Part shown: positions 1 to 15,052 of the stretch, in pieces
Numbering within the stretch: the first letter of the stretch is position 1
Layout of the letters: each line of letters begins with the position of its first letter
NCBI RefSeq assembly: GCF_009914755.1
Contig: NC_060934.1
Strand: one strand, 5' to 3'
Source: the human T2T-CHM13v2.0 reference genome, Homo sapiens
DNA: 64,000 nt
Position numbers and translations under genes: made by a program
The notes under the pieces: generated by a model
The model's input: the letters and a program-made list of their open reading frames with translations, nothing else
What the model was told of the DNA's origin: nothing
Database searches by the model: none

Positions 1-440
1 GACTTGGAACCAACCCAAATGTCCAACAATGATAGACTGGATTAAGAAAATGTGGCACATATACACCATGGAATACTATGCAGCCATAAAAATGATGAGT
101 TCATGTCCTTTGCAGGGATATGGATGAAGCTGGAAACCATCATTCTCAGCAAACTATCGCAAGGACAAAAAACCAAACACCACATGTTCTCACTCATAGG
201 TGGGAATTGAACAATGAGAACACATGGACACAAGAAGGGGAACATCACACACTGGGGCCTGTTGTGGGGTGGCAGGAGTGGGCGGGGATAGCATTAGGAG
301 ATATACCTAATGTTAAATGATGAGTTAATGGGTGCAGCACACCAACATGGCACATGTATACATATGTAAAAAACCTGCACATTGTGCACATGTACCTAAA
401 ACTTAAAGTATAATAAAATAGAAATAAAAAATAAATAAAA
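1..440 (+). mobile_element. L1PA (primate LINE-1) 3' end: end of ORF2, 3' UTR and A-rich tail
   Basis: Canonical L1PA 3' sequence (GGAATACTATGCAGCCATAAAAA, CATTCTCAGCAAACTATCGCAAGGAC, G-rich tract, ACTTAAAGTATAATAAAA tail); runs off the window start. Confidence 0.95.
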
Positions 441-444
441 AGAG

Positions 445-2030
445 CTCTAACAAATACAGGTTTCTAATAACTTTGAGTTTGTACCATTGGACCCTATTTC
501 CTAGACTCTAATAAGAAAAAAGCTGGACTCATAAAACTGCCAACATCAACCAGAACAATAATTAATTACATAGTATTGAACTGATGAAGTATTATAATTT
601 ATGACTCTAAAACATTGCTAATTGTTGTTATGTTTTGTTTTCCAGATTTTATTTTTTTCTCTTAAGCTATGTATAGTTTACAGCAATTTGGTAAAAATTA
701 CTTTCATAAATAGAATTGAAACATTTACTTTTTTCTTTTTGACTGATCCCTCAAAGTTTTTAAACTATTGATGAGTATATGCATATTATGGCAATATAGT
801 TACTCATATAAGTTTAATAAAAATCTGTTCTTCTACTAAGAGGACAATTGGAAACACTTGTTATATTACCAAAGTTTTACCTGGAATATCCTATCATCAT
901 ATATGACCACACAATTTTAAGAAAGTGAGGTTGACTTTATAAAGTCACTAGAAGCTTTTTGGACAATTTGCATGACACCTTGTCTACATGTTTCCCTTAT
1001 AGGATTCCTAGCCTTGTAAGAATGTCGCTTTCTGATAGGCCCAGGAACCTCAAGACATTTTAAGGGTCTTAAGAAGAGAAAAATTCACCCAATTTGTACA
1101 GGAATGACAGGCACAGTCTGAGGATGTGTTCTTAATTCTGGCTTCTAAGCCTCAAAAGGCTTTCTAAAAGGTTAATCTGGGTTTCTTATGAAAAGTTCAA
1201 GCAAAAGCAACGTTAAAAGACCCTATATAGTAAATCACTATTCATGCCCAACTTATGTAAATGATTAGGCCAGTCTTAATGAGACTAAACATATTTTACA
1301 AATTAGTCTTACCACGATTATCTTTGATAGTAATGGGGAGGACTGGATAGAGAAAAATTATGCTACAGGGGGAAAAACTACTATAAGGCAATCATTAATG
1401 GATTCCAGCTCATTGTTTTTAGATTTTATTATTTACCTGCAATTTGAACCAAATCCTGAATTGTTTTCTGGCTGCAAGTCTCTGAACTAACATTTCGAAA
1501 GTTTTCTTCCATTTTTCCATCTTGGTCTCACTGCAGTTAAAACTGCTTTTTTGGAATCCCACAAGTCAAAACTGATTGACTGGATTAGACTTCAGAGAAA
1601 TTACCACACATTCAAACAGCAATCCAGAAAAATCTTCCAGATTGCCACCTCCTCTTCCTGCTCCAACTAAAGATCCTTCAAACCCAAATCCAGGAATCTT
1701 CTCAACTGATCACCTTCCAAACTCTAGAAAACTAGTTTTTAGACTACTCTAGACAATTGGCTTTGTTTTTCCTCTGTTTCCATACAACTGCTTCTTAATG
1801 AAGATCAGTTTGTCTGCATCATATATTGAGGCTAACTTTGAAAGCCCAATACCATCTTGTAGAATTAGACACAACTGTTTAATTAAACTGCACTATTCCC
1901 AGTGATGGGAGACTGGTTTAATAGGATATTTTGCCACTCAGCTACAAACTTGGTTATTTTTTCTCAACAGCTACCAGCTGTGTGGGTTTTTGTGCATGAA
2001 ACTGTAAGGGATGTTCAGACAGAAGAATAT
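445..2030 (+). mobile_element. Degraded internal region of a MER4-group ERV1 (non-coding 3' part)
   Basis: Resembles MER4-group -int sequence (TTTTTTCTCTTAAGCTAT...TTTACAGCAATTTGGTAA; GGCCCAGGAACCTCAAG) and directly abuts an LTR. Confidence 0.55.
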
Positions 2031-2640
2031 TGTGGCTCAGAAAACAACACCCCAAAAGTACAATGCTTTGGCATGTTGAACACTTTGAGCTAAAATAGGA
2101 ATGCCACAGAAGCTGCCCCCAAATCAAGGACTTTTTTTTTAACCTCTCCTGTCTTCATACTGGCACAGGGAAGAGTTTTACTCTGATATTTTCTCATATG
2201 CCTTAAGACCAGACCCTCCAAAGAGAATACAGTTGCCTTCCATCCCCTCACTGAAATTTCATTATCAACCACAGATTGAGGGATGCAACCACACCTGGAT
2301 GGACTTTGTCACATGACGTTGTCTATCTCTCAGGATCATTCAAATTACAAAGAAAATCATTTATAAAATAATGCCTGCCTCTTGGGTCCTCTTAATTCCC
2401 CTAAAAAATATTTACTACCTCTCAAAAATTTCACATTTACCCCTTCTTTTCCTCTATGAAGAAAAGTATATAAGCATGAAAACCTTATTGGGTTATTGGG
2501 TAATAATTCTGCAATTCCCCTCTTATGAGTGTTAAATAATTTTTATGCCTTTTTCTTTTTTTATTCTGTGTATTGCCAGTTACACAGCAACTAGCAAACC
2601 TTCAGAGAATAAGAGGAGACTTTCCTTTCTCTCCTGGAAG
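2031..2640 (+). mobile_element. ERV1 LTR, MER34/LTR29-like; probable 3' LTR of the upstream internal sequence
   Basis: Starts TGTGGCTCAGAAAACAACACCCCAAAA...CTTTGGCATG; ends with a GCAAACCTTCAGAG...CTTTCC motif typical of MER34-group LTRs. Confidence 0.6.
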
Positions 2641-2838
2641 TAACACTGAAGAGCCCGTTTGTAAAGTTCACATAATTTGTATTGTTATCTTTTAAATGGT
2701 TTACTGATTATTCTAAGAAAATCTTTTAATGTATCTCCATGACATTTTATAATATAGCACAAAAAAGAAAAATGCTAATTGTATGTATGTTATAAAGTTT
2801 TACCATCATTTCTAAGTTAAAAAGTATTAAATTGAGAT

Positions 2839-4072
2839 TGAAACCGCCTACGCAAAATTATGACAGTGAAGCAGCTCCATTATCTGGGGTAAATACCTGG
2901 GGATCATCATCTTGTGCTAAGAAAATTTAGGACACGGACACACACGAGGAGTTTAGGAATGGAGGTTTAACAGGCAGAAGAAAGAGAAAGGAGAACAGCT
3001 CTCTCTCTCTCTCGGGGGGGCTTCGGGAAGGGAAAGACCAGCTGGCATAGGATGCGCTAGATTTTATAGGCAGGCTTGAGGAGGTGGTGTCTGACTTACC
3101 TAGGGCCCTCAGATTGATTTGATCAGGTGTGACTTTTACACAGTGTGCAAGGAAAACTGGCCACCCCACCCCAATCTTTTTATGCAAATTGGCTTTCCAC
3201 TTGACCTGCGCTATCTTGTCTGCTCCTTACTGTACACATGTCTGGCAAAAAGAAGAGAAAATGGAGCTGCCATTTTGAACATACCTAGTCCCAGGCAGTA
3301 TTTTTCTGCCGGCATTCACCCGTGCAAGCTTCCAGCTTGCTTGTCTATGTCTGCAGCTTGATTTCACAGGCTGCTATTTGTTAGAAAATGATTTGGGGGC
3401 TGCTTTTCATTAAAAAGGAAAACTTTCCCCAGGACTCCTGTGCCCTCACTATCTGCCTAAGTAATTTCTTCTTAATTCCTATATCAACAGCAAGAGAAAT
3501 CTGACATAGTTGACTCTATCTTGCTTCTCATCTCCAAACTTTCTTTGGTCATTTCTGGGAGTAGAAGCTAAATTTAGGAGGAATTCAGTTTATAGTTTAA
3601 CTTGAAAGAAAGAATGAGAACAATCTTTCTAAAACTAAACCGTTCCCCATTCAGGGCTGAAATTGTCTTTGTAAGACTGATGAGAGGTTACAAAATAGGT
3701 ATAGTTTCTGTAATCCTTTACTGCTCAGGAGTTATGTAGCCAAAGGTCACAAAATTTGTGACCTAACTCATGTCTCAACTTATCTTTTAACCCCACCCAG
3801 AGGCAGACTCAGTGCACGAGGGCCATTTTCCACACCCACATGATTTCATCCCCAACCAATCAGCAGCACCGCACCCATTCCCTAGCCCCCTGCCCACCAA
3901 ATTGTCCATAAAAACCCTAAGCTGTAAACCTTGAGGGAGGCAAAGTGATAACTCCAGTTCTTCCATGTGTGCTGGCCTTTCATCAATTAAACTTTCTCCA
4001 CTGCAATACCGTGGTCTCAGTGGATTGATTTGCTCTGTGCAGTGGGCAGAAAGAACCTGTTGAACGATCACA
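2839..4072 (+). mobile_element. LTR8/LTR8A-like solo LTR, interrupted at 2867-3486
   Basis: Begins TGAAACCGCCT..GCAAAATTATGACAG, resumes at 3491 CAAGAGAAATCTGACATAG, ends GGGCAGAAAGAACCTGTTGAACGATCACA. Confidence 0.8.
2867..3486 (-). mobile_element. MER61-like ERV1 solo LTR nested in LTR8A
   Basis: TG...CA termini; minus strand begins TGATATAGGAATTAAGAAGAAATTACTTAGGCAGATAG; perfect 4-bp TSD ACAG at 2863-2866 and 3487-3490. Confidence 0.8.
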
Positions 4073-4684
4073 AAAGGTAAAAAATATATTGTCTTTCAAT
4101 TTAATTGACGATGTCTCCTGCACATTCTAGGTATTTTAAAAATATTTTAAATTCACCCAAATTAGATTACAAGTATATATGCTTATGTGGTTTTTTGCTG
4201 CTGGCTGCTCTTCCTCTGAAACATAAAATATTTTCTGGAACAGTATTTCAAGCAACTGTTGAAAATTAGCCACATGAACTAATCATTTTTATACATATAA
4301 AATGTTTTTTTCTAAAACTCAACAGAATAGATGACTCTATTGCTAATTGATCCTAACTCCTCAATTTGGTTAACTTTGAACTTTTCTGTAATTCTCCTAA
4401 TTTAATCCCTTTAACTCTAATTAGGTTGCCATGTACAATGTCACCCACTTCCACCCACTTGTTTATACTAACCTAATTTTTTAAATCACAAGTTCTACTT
4501 TCAGTTGATTCTTAGGCAAGCATTCATTCTGATGATGCTAAGCATTGCTCATAAGTCATTTCCTACTAAATTGGCTAATGCTTTTTTGTTGTGTTAACAC
4601 ATGGACTCTCTTAAATGCTAAAGGTGGCATTTTCTATTTGCTTACCTTAGTATTAGCTTTCTTATCCATAAATAGGAATAATAG

Positions 4685-5072
<388 letters not shown>

Positions 5073-5461
5073 TAAACTAAATACCACTACAACAGTCTAA
5101 AATATTGTTCTCTTTCTTCTTATTGCTTCTGATGTAAATTAAAAGAATTTTAAAATGTGCGATTTACTGAATGTTAAAAACTTTTATCAAGCTCTAAACT
5201 TACTGTAAGCCATTCCTGTGAGGTTGTCCAAAGACCTATTGACAGAGGATCAAGCTGGAAAAATTAATGCACAGCTATTTCAACCTGAACCTTTGGCCCA
5301 AACTTCAATGCCATCTCCTTTATGTTGCTCATTATTTGTTAACACTGAGAAAGTAGTTTCTCCTTTACAGACAAAAGCTTGGGCTAAAAGCACACTTAAG
5401 CATTTAGTCTAGTACTCTTTTGCAGTGATTGGGAAATTTTATTTTATTTATCTTTTTTAGA

Positions 5462-6050
5462 CAAAAACACCATGGTACTAGTACCAAAACAGATATACAG
5501 ACCCATGAAACAGAACAGAGGCCTCAGAAATAACACCACACATCTACAACCATCTGATCTTCAACAAACCTGACAAAAACAAGCAATGGGGAAAGGTTCC
5601 CTATTTAATCAATGGTGCTGGGAAAACTGGCTAGCCACATGCAGAAAACAGAAACTGAACTCCTTCCTTACACCTTATACAAAAATTAACTCAAGATGGA
5701 TTAAAGACCTAAATGTGAAACCTAAAACCATAAAAAAAAAAATAGAAGAAAACCTAGGCAATACCATTCAAAACAATTGCAACAAAAGCCAAAATTGACA
5801 AATGGGATCTAATTAAACTAAAGAGCTTCTGCTCAGCAAAAGAAACTATCATCAGAGTGAACAGGCAACCTACTGAAAGGGAGACAATTTTTGCAATCTG
5901 TTCATCTGACAAAAGTCTAATATCCAGAATCTACAAGAGACTTAATCAAATTTACATGAAAAAAACAACCCCATCAAAAAGTGGGTAAAGGATATGAACA
6001 GACGCTTCTCAAAAGAAAACATTTATGCGGCCATATGAAAAAGTAAAAAA
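5462..6050 (+). mobile_element. L1PA ORF2 3' fragment with no 3' UTR or poly-A and a small internal deletion near 5770
   Basis: ORF 5586-5798 ([40 protein letters not shown]) is L1 ORF2p C-terminal sequence. Confidence 0.9.
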
Positions 6051-6059
6051 GCAAGTTAA

Positions 6060-6730
6060 AACCAAACCAAAACCAAAATGTGATGTCATTGCACACCTAT
6101 TAGAATGGCTAAAATTAGAAGGAAAAAAATTAAAACCCTGGCAGTCTCAAGTGCTGAGGAGAATGTGCAGCAACTTTAACTATCACACGTTGCCGATGTT
6201 AATGTAAAATGGTACAGCATTTTTGAAAAGTTTGGCAGTTTCTTTTAATGTTAAATATTTGTGATTCAGTAATCCTGCTTCTAGTTGTTTACTTATGACA
6301 AAATATGTTCCCACAAAATATTGTTCTTGAATGTTTATGGTGGCTTTATTCCTGTTCACCAAAACAGAAAACAACCAAAATGTCCTTCAGTTGGTGAGCG
6401 GATCAATAAATTGTGGTCAATCTACTGGATGGGACATGACTCAGCAATAAAAAGGAATAATCTTTTGATTTACATGACAATATGGATTAATCTTACATAT
6501 CTTAAGAACATCATAACAGTAAGTGGAAGAAGCCAAACTCAAAAGGCTATGTACCATATGATTTCATTTACATGACATGGAAAAAAAGATGAAACTATGA
6601 GGATGGAGAAAAATGTTGGTTGTCTGTGATTCTGGGTGGGGAGAGGCAGAATAACAAAATGATTTGGATGATAAAAATATGTGTATCATGACTGCGGTGG
6701 TGGTTCTATGACTCTATGCATTTGTCCTAA
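6060..6730 (+). mobile_element. Old L1M (MC/MD/ME-type) ORF2 end and 3' UTR
   Basis: CACACCTATTAGAATGGCTAAAA, AAAATGGTACAGC..TTTGGCAGTTTC and CAACCAAAATGTCCTTCAG motifs; highly diverged. Confidence 0.75.
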
Positions 6731-9450
6731 TGGAAGCCAGAAGGCAGTGAAAGGAAATATTGAATGTGCTGAAATAAAAAATAACAAGAAAACTCAGCCA
6801 AGAATATTATAGCCAACAAAATTGTCTTTTCAAACTAAAGGCAGAATGACAACATCTCCAGGTAAACAAAAACAGATTATTTGTTGCAAGTAGAACCATC
6901 TTAAAAAAACAAACAAACAAACAAAAAAAAACCACTAAAGGCAATTCTTCAGGCTGAAAGCAAGGGATACTAGAGAGTAATTTGAATCTACTGAAAAAAA
7001 CAAGAGTACCAGTAAAGTAATCATGTAGGGGAATTGTATATCTATTCTCTTGCATAAACTAATTTAAAAAGTAGTAAAAATAATATGTATATAATTGTAT
7101 AATTGGGCCAAAAACATATAGAAAAATCATATGTTTAACAATAATAGCATAAGGAGGCAACTGCAAACAAAACTATATTGGAGTAAGGAAATGATATCAA
7201 ATGGTAATCCAAATCCACAGGAAGTAATGAAAAGAACCAGAAAGAGTAGGTAATAAGTTAATAAAACAAAGTATAAATATGTACTATTTCTACTTTCTTT
7301 TCTCTCCTTCTATAAGACATATAAAATATTAATTTAAAAAATCATTGGGTTTGTGACATATCATATATATGTATATCTATATATATACACACACACAGAT
7401 ATATAAACACATATATATAGCAATAATGGTAAAATCTAAAAAAGGAGAGAATGCATATACATGAGTGAAGTTTCTGTATTTCACTGGTATTAAGTAAATC
7501 TAAAAAATGATAAAAATATATATCATAAGACCTACAGAAGCTATTAAAAACTCTTAAAGTATAATTTAAAATTTTTAATGTAAGATTATTTAATGCTACA
7601 CTAGAAAATATTTAGTTAATGCAAAAGAAGGTAGTAACAGATGAAGAGAGAAGGAAACGTGAGACATAAAATGAGAAAAATGGGAAATATAAGTTCAACA
7701 ATATCAATAATAATAGTATATATAAATGAGTTAAACAAGCCAATAAAACTGAATAAATTAACAATGAAAGCAGAAATAGAGATGTCAACAATAAATAGTT
7801 GAAGACTTTGATACCACACATTCAATAATGAATAGAGCAATTACAGGAGATTAACAAGGATATGGAAGAATTTAACAATACTATAAACAAACAAAACCTA
7901 AAACATCTATAAAACACTACATTACCAACAGTAGAACATATATTCTCCATAACAGACAATGGAGACCATGGGTATAAAACAATCCTCAGTAAATTTAAAA
8001 GAATTAAAATCAAATAAATTATGTTCTCCAACCACAAACAAATTAGTAATCAATAACAAAGTTAGAAAAATTGACAAATATTTGACAATTACACTATACT
8101 CTCTTAAATATTTAATAACTCTAAAAAGAAATAACAAATTTATTGAGATAATTTGAAACAAAAGACAACATACCAAAATTTATGAGATGCAACTAAAGAA
8201 GTGCTTAGATATAAATTAAAGGCCATGATATCTATTTTATAAGCTGTACAAAATTAACAAATCCTTAGGCAAACTGACCGAGATAAACAGAAGACACAAA
8301 TATTACTAACATGGTAATACTAAAGTCAGGAATGAAAAAGAGGACATAAGAATGAACTTTGCAGAAAAATTTTGAGAAGAACAAGGGAAGAATATAAATA
8401 ATTCGATTCTAAAAATGTAAGTTACTTAGATAAAATGAGCAAACCTTAGAAATACACAAACTGCTAAAACTGACTAAGCAAAAATAGAAATCTGTAGAGG
8501 CCCATTATGGTGGATCATGCCTGTAATCCCAACACTTTGAGAGGCTGAGACGAGAAGATCGCTTCAAGCCAAGAGTTTGAGATCAGCCTGTGCAACAAAG
8601 CAAGAACCCGTCTCCACGAAAAAAAAAAACAAAACAAAACAAGAAAAAAACAGGCATGCCACTATAGTCTTAGCTATTTGAGAAGTTCAGGTGGGCGGAT
8701 CACTTGAGCCCAGGAGATGGAAGCTACAATGAGCTAAAAAAAAAAAAAAAAAAATCTGGAGAATCTTTTAACAACTAAGAGACCAAATTAGTGGTTTTTT
8801 AAACTTTCCTCAAAAAAAGACTTAGGCACAAATGGCTTCATTAGTAAATTCTATAAATTCTACCAATCTTTATAAAAACCAAAATTCTTCACAAACTTTT
8901 CCAAAATTAGGGAAGGGAAAAACTTCCAAATTATTCTATGCGGTCTATATTACCCTGAAGCAAAAATTAAACAAAAATATGGCAAAAGACACAACAAACC
9001 AATATTCCTTTTGAGTATAGTTGCCAAAAATCTGCAACAGAATACAGCAAACCAAATTCCATAATATATATAAAGAATTATATATCACGGCTAAGTGGGG
9101 TTTATCCCAGGAATGCAAGGTTACTGTAACATCTTGAACCAATCAATGTACTAGATCTTTGCAATAGAATAAAGAACAAAACTCGCCTGATAATCTCTAT
9201 ATACATCGAAATGTCATTTGACAAAAATATTAATATGATACCTGTTTATGATAAAAATACTCAACAAACTAGGAAAAAAAGAGAACTTTCTCAACCCGAA
9301 GAAGAAAATCCATGCAAAACCCATCTAAAGTACCTAATGATGAAAAAACATGCTTTTCCTATAAGATTAAGAATAAGCAAACAAAATGTTTCCTTTTGCC
9401 ACTTCTATCCAACGTTGTACTGGAGGGTCTAGCTAGAGCAAGTCGGGTGG
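6730..9450 (+). mobile_element. Old L1M fragment: ORF1 end, inter-ORF region and partial ORF2
   Basis: AATGGAAGCCAGAAGGCAGTG (ORF1); GACTTTGATACCACAC..CAATAATG (endonuclease region); GTGGGGTTTATCCCAGGAATGCAAGG (RT region). Confidence 0.75.
8499..8754 (+). mobile_element. AluJ-like element with a shortened right arm, inserted in L1M
   Basis: Left arm, A-rich linker, right arm ending at TGAGCT followed by poly-A; TSD AAATCTG(T/G)AGA. Confidence 0.85.
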
Positions 9451-9479
9451 CAGGGGCAGAAAAAGCATCCAGAATGAAC

Positions 9480-9830
9480 AATTTGCTAATACATGTTACA
9501 ACGTAGGTGAACCTTGAATCCCTATGCTAAGTATAAAAACCAATCACAAAATATCACATACGACATGATTTCCTCATATGAAATGGCCAGAACAGGCACA
9601 TCTATAGATACAGAAAGTGGATCAGTGGTTGCTTAGGGCTGGGGGATTAGTAAAAATGCAGAGTAACTCTGAAGTTTAATAGGAGTGAGGTTTCTTTTGG
9701 GGGTGACCAAATTATTTTCAAATTCAATTCTGGTACTTATTTACAACTTTCTGAATATAGTGAAAGTCATTTAATCATAGACATTAAATTGGTGAACCAC
9801 AAAGTAATTGAATTGTATCTAGTTTAAAGA
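9480..9830 (+). mobile_element. L1MB/ME 3' UTR fragment
   Basis: GAACCTTGAA..TATGCTAAGT and ATCTATAGATACAGAAAGTGGATCAGTGGTTGC motifs. Confidence 0.7.
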
Positions 9831-9867
9831 TATAATAATTTTAATTTTGTAAAATAATTCATAAACA

Positions 9868-10390
<523 letters not shown>

Positions 10391-10973
10391 CTATGCATAT
10401 ATATATTTAATTTTGTGATGCTACTGTATTATTTCTGGCAGGCAGCTTCCTAGGTAGGAACTACATTTCTCAACTTCCTGGATATTTTCCGGTGGTTAGT
10501 ATTAGCCAATATAGTGGTGTTTGTCACTTCAGGGCCAGATTTTTTAAAAAAAGATATGCATTATCCTTAGTGTCTATTTTCACTTCAGACAGTGAAAAAA
10601 AAAATTTGGCTATTGGGTGCCCCTCACAATGATCTTACATAAAATATATGAAATTTTAAATTTTCTAGTAACTACTAATTAATACCTAGCTAATACAAAA
10701 GCAAAAATATAATATGAGAGATAAATGATGAGAGCTTACTAACTTCTAATGAATCCATGATGGCTTAGCCAAAATAGTTATTCTTTCTTTTCATTAGCAT
10801 GCAGAATCAAAAGCACAAATTCCACAAGAAGATGGACTCATGGCAAGGTACTTTGGGTTTTCTCAGCTCTCTTCCTCTTCTAAGGAAAAGAGACAGTTTA
10901 TCTTGTTGCAAATCCAACTGAAGTTAATCCCAGAAGTCTCCTGAAATGAGACTCCACCTTAAAACAAAAATCA

Positions 10974-11018
10974 ATCTGTCTATCTATCTATCTACCTATC
11001 TACACACACACACACACA
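10974..11018. repeat. (TCTA)n(CA)n compound microsatellite
   Basis: Directly visible. Confidence 0.85.
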
Positions 11019-11287
11019 TGCATCCATCTAACATTATATATGCTCCCCCAGATATCTCCTATTTAGCTCGTTTTAGTTAAAATTAGTCAAATATAAGATT
11101 TTTTTCCCAAAATTAACACTTTCAAAGCAAGAAAGTAAAATTTGCTCATTGTGTAATCTAGTTACAGAAATATCTTTTGACTTCATTGTATGTATATTAT
11201 ATATGTATACCTATGTGTGTGTATATATATGTATATTCTCACCACTATAGTGTTCTCACTACTATATATATATACATATATATAACA

Positions 11288-11390
11288 GAACATAAGATCT
11301 AACCTCTTAAATTTTTGTGTGTGCAATGGTGTTGTCAGCCATAGGCACAATGGTATGCAGCAGTTATCTAGAACTTACTCATCTTATATA
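11288..11390 (-). mobile_element. L1MA/MB 3' terminal fragment
   Basis: AACATAAGATCTAACCTCTTAAATTTT...CTAGAACTTACTCATCTT resembles the reverse of an L1M 3' end. Confidence 0.55.
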
Positions 11391-11907
11391 TTATTGAAGG
11401 AGTGTATACAAGATGTATATGCATATTATCTTTTGTTTAGTATTTTTTTCTAAGTCAACAGATACATGAGAATATTTGTCTTAAGCACAAAATATTAATC
11501 TTCTAAGAGTGTTGTGTAAATTTTACTAATTTTCTAATTCCAGAGTGTTATCATGGTGTTTGGGTTTTTGTTGGTGTTGTATTGTTACTTGTTTGGTTGG
11601 TTGGAGTAAAAACTGTCCATTCTGCATTAGAATTCACACACAGTGTGTCTGGATACCTGGTATGTGGTTAGTATCATGTGAATTATCTACATTAAATGAT
11701 CTTCATGAAACTCAATGATTTTTCTAAATATAAAGATGTTAAAAAGTCAAATCTTCACCGTTATAGCTGCAAAGGACATAACCCATAGCCTAGCTGAAGT
11801 AATGGGTCCTGGCAATAACTATGGATTTTATTTTCTTTGTTGGTCTTAGGCCAATTCTGTTCGCTGTTTTGGCTTATATTATCATTCAGGGGCTCTGAGG
11901 GCTTTAA

Positions 11908-12208
11908 TTTTTTTCTTTAAGAGACAAGGTCCTCCTCTGTTTCCAGGCTGGAGTGCAGTGGCTTGATCATTGCTCACTGCAGTCTCAAACTCCCCGGCTT
12001 GCACTCCTTCCACCTCAGCCTCCCAAGTAGCTAGGACTGCAGGTGCATGCCGTCATGCCCATATCATGCTTTTATTTTCATTTATTTTTTCTAGAGAAGG
12101 CATCACCCTATGTTGCCCAGGCTAGTCTCAAACTCCTAGCCTCAAGTATCCATTCTGTCTTGGACTTCTAAATTGCTAGGATTACAGGCCTGAACCACTG
12201 TGCCCAGG
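11908..12208 (-). mobile_element. AluJ
   Basis: Diverged reverse Alu with AluJ-type CTCACTGCAGTCTCAAACTCC; flanked by GGCTTTAA. Confidence 0.9.
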
Positions 12209-13236
12209 CTTTAAGATATTTTTAATCTTCACAAATGAGTTCTCTCAGACTAAGCAAGAAGGGTACATGGATGCCCTAGTGTTAAAGACTGGATGGAAAT
12301 AGGAAAACATTGTATTTTTAAGTGTATAGACCCCATAATCCATGGGACATTAGACAGAGACTGAGGACTCTGAATAGGTATTATTAGACAGAGACCGAGA
12401 ACTAATTTAGTTGTGGGGGTTATAGTTTTCATGCAACGAATCTGTTTCAGTATGTTAGACAACCACTTGGTGCAGCAGGAAAATGTTCTAGTTCTATCAA
12501 AGAGAAAAAAAAAAAAAAAAAAAAAAAAACAGCGACAGCTCTCCAGGAACTGGGAATTCTGCCAGTAACTATGTTCATGAACCTACTTCTCAGTAGCTTA
12601 TATAAAAAGAAAATTTGCCTACTACCTTGTTCAAATTATGCCATATCCCTCATAAATACTAAGAATGGTTTATAGTCATCACTTAATATATCTTTTACAT
12701 ACCCACACACGCATGCAAACACACATACATGTACATACATATACACATATACATATATGTATATATAGGTACCAGAATGTATATAAAATAACATGAAACA
12801 AATGATAATACAGCATGATAAAATATATTTAACTTATCCTCAAGATTCAAATAATACCACTGTAAATTTTCTGCTTCAGGAACTCAAAATACAATTTAGA
12901 AAATGGTTCAGTATTTTAACAATATCTTAAAACACTGTATGAAAAGGTTTAAATTCTTGAAATATAATGAAAGATAAGTGAATACTGAGAAATGGCAAGA
13001 AACAAAATTGTTTAAAAGGAGTAAAACCTATATTGAGGGTAGTAAGTGATTTAAATGGCACAATGGAAACTTGAATACATCATGTGAAAGACATTCTTGA
13101 GATGTTCTTCCATAATGTAAAGGAAAAGAACAAAACTTTACAGAAGGAGAAAACAAGTTAAGAAGGGTTGCAATGTAATCTACCGATTATATGGGACACT
13201 TTGGAAGGAACCACAGCAACTAGAAAAGAAATGATA

Positions 13237-13558
<322 letters not shown>

Positions 13559-13668
13559 TTAAAATAAAAGACATAATTAGCAGAATCTAGTAGAATAAAT
13601 AAAAAATATGCAAATATAACATTACTGGTATTATCATTAGATCAAAGTGATATAGAAAATATATGTAT

Positions 13669-14059
<391 letters not shown>

Positions 14060-15052
14060 CTAAAATTCAAACTCAACATAAACTTCCTGTTTGTAGTGCT
14101 CAAAGTCACATACTGAATAAGCATTTTTAAATTCAAATCTAATTTTCTTCTCTAATGTTGGGGTGACATCTTACCAGTCTTACTCCTACACAGGAAATTG
14201 TGTAGGAGTCACACATTTCTGAATGTAATACAAACAACAGGTACCTGAAGGTGCTGCAGAGTGAACAGAATTAGACAGACCTTTGTGGGGTGCACACACT
14301 GAGAGGAGAGGAGGTTTACAAATTGATTTCATGTTGTCATTGGCTTTTAGGTTTGAGCCAAGAGCATTCACTGTGGGGTGGGAGACGAAGAGGGTACCAT
14401 TGGAAAAGCCACTATCTTTTGGACCTGCCTACCCATGGCCTCTAAAGAAAGTAGAGGAATCCCATAAGAGAAAGGGACAATGAGGGGATTACCTAATTCT
14501 CTGACCAAACACACACGGGAGACTCAAAGCTAGTTAGCTATATATATTCACAGGCGTTTACCTTTTCAAAAATGTTATAAACTACACGTTTTAAAGTATA
14601 TTTAAAAGCAATGAATACTTGCTGAAAAAAATCTAAAATTACAGAAATAGATACATAAAATAAAGATAATTTTCCTATAATTTGATTTATTCCAATTGTC
14701 TGAGAAATTAATTAAAATTAAGAATTCAAGGTATGGAAGCCATGGTATATACTTCCTTTCTTTGCTAATCCCAAGAAACTGGAAAAAGTGTTGTTTGTAA
14801 CTTGGCTTTCACTATCCAGTTAAATGTGTTTGCTGCTTAGCTTCATGATCACTTAAGACAATTCATGCTCCTCTCTTTAACACTTAACAGAAAATTTAAA
14901 CTTTTTACATACTCAGTAGATTGGGCCTATAGAATTACTAATCCTAAGGAAGTGTTTTCCTGAGCAGAAGTAACTGTGGAGAGCAACATAATTGATATAG
15001 TCAAGGACAAGAAATTTGAGAAAAGGTTTTCTGAGTATTCAAATTGAATATC

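Noticed and set aside
12505-12529. Orphan poly-A as the tail of a processed pseudogene
   Set aside because: No upstream poly-A signal, ORF or TSD found; a similar A-run at 39708-39730 is a simple expansion inside L1
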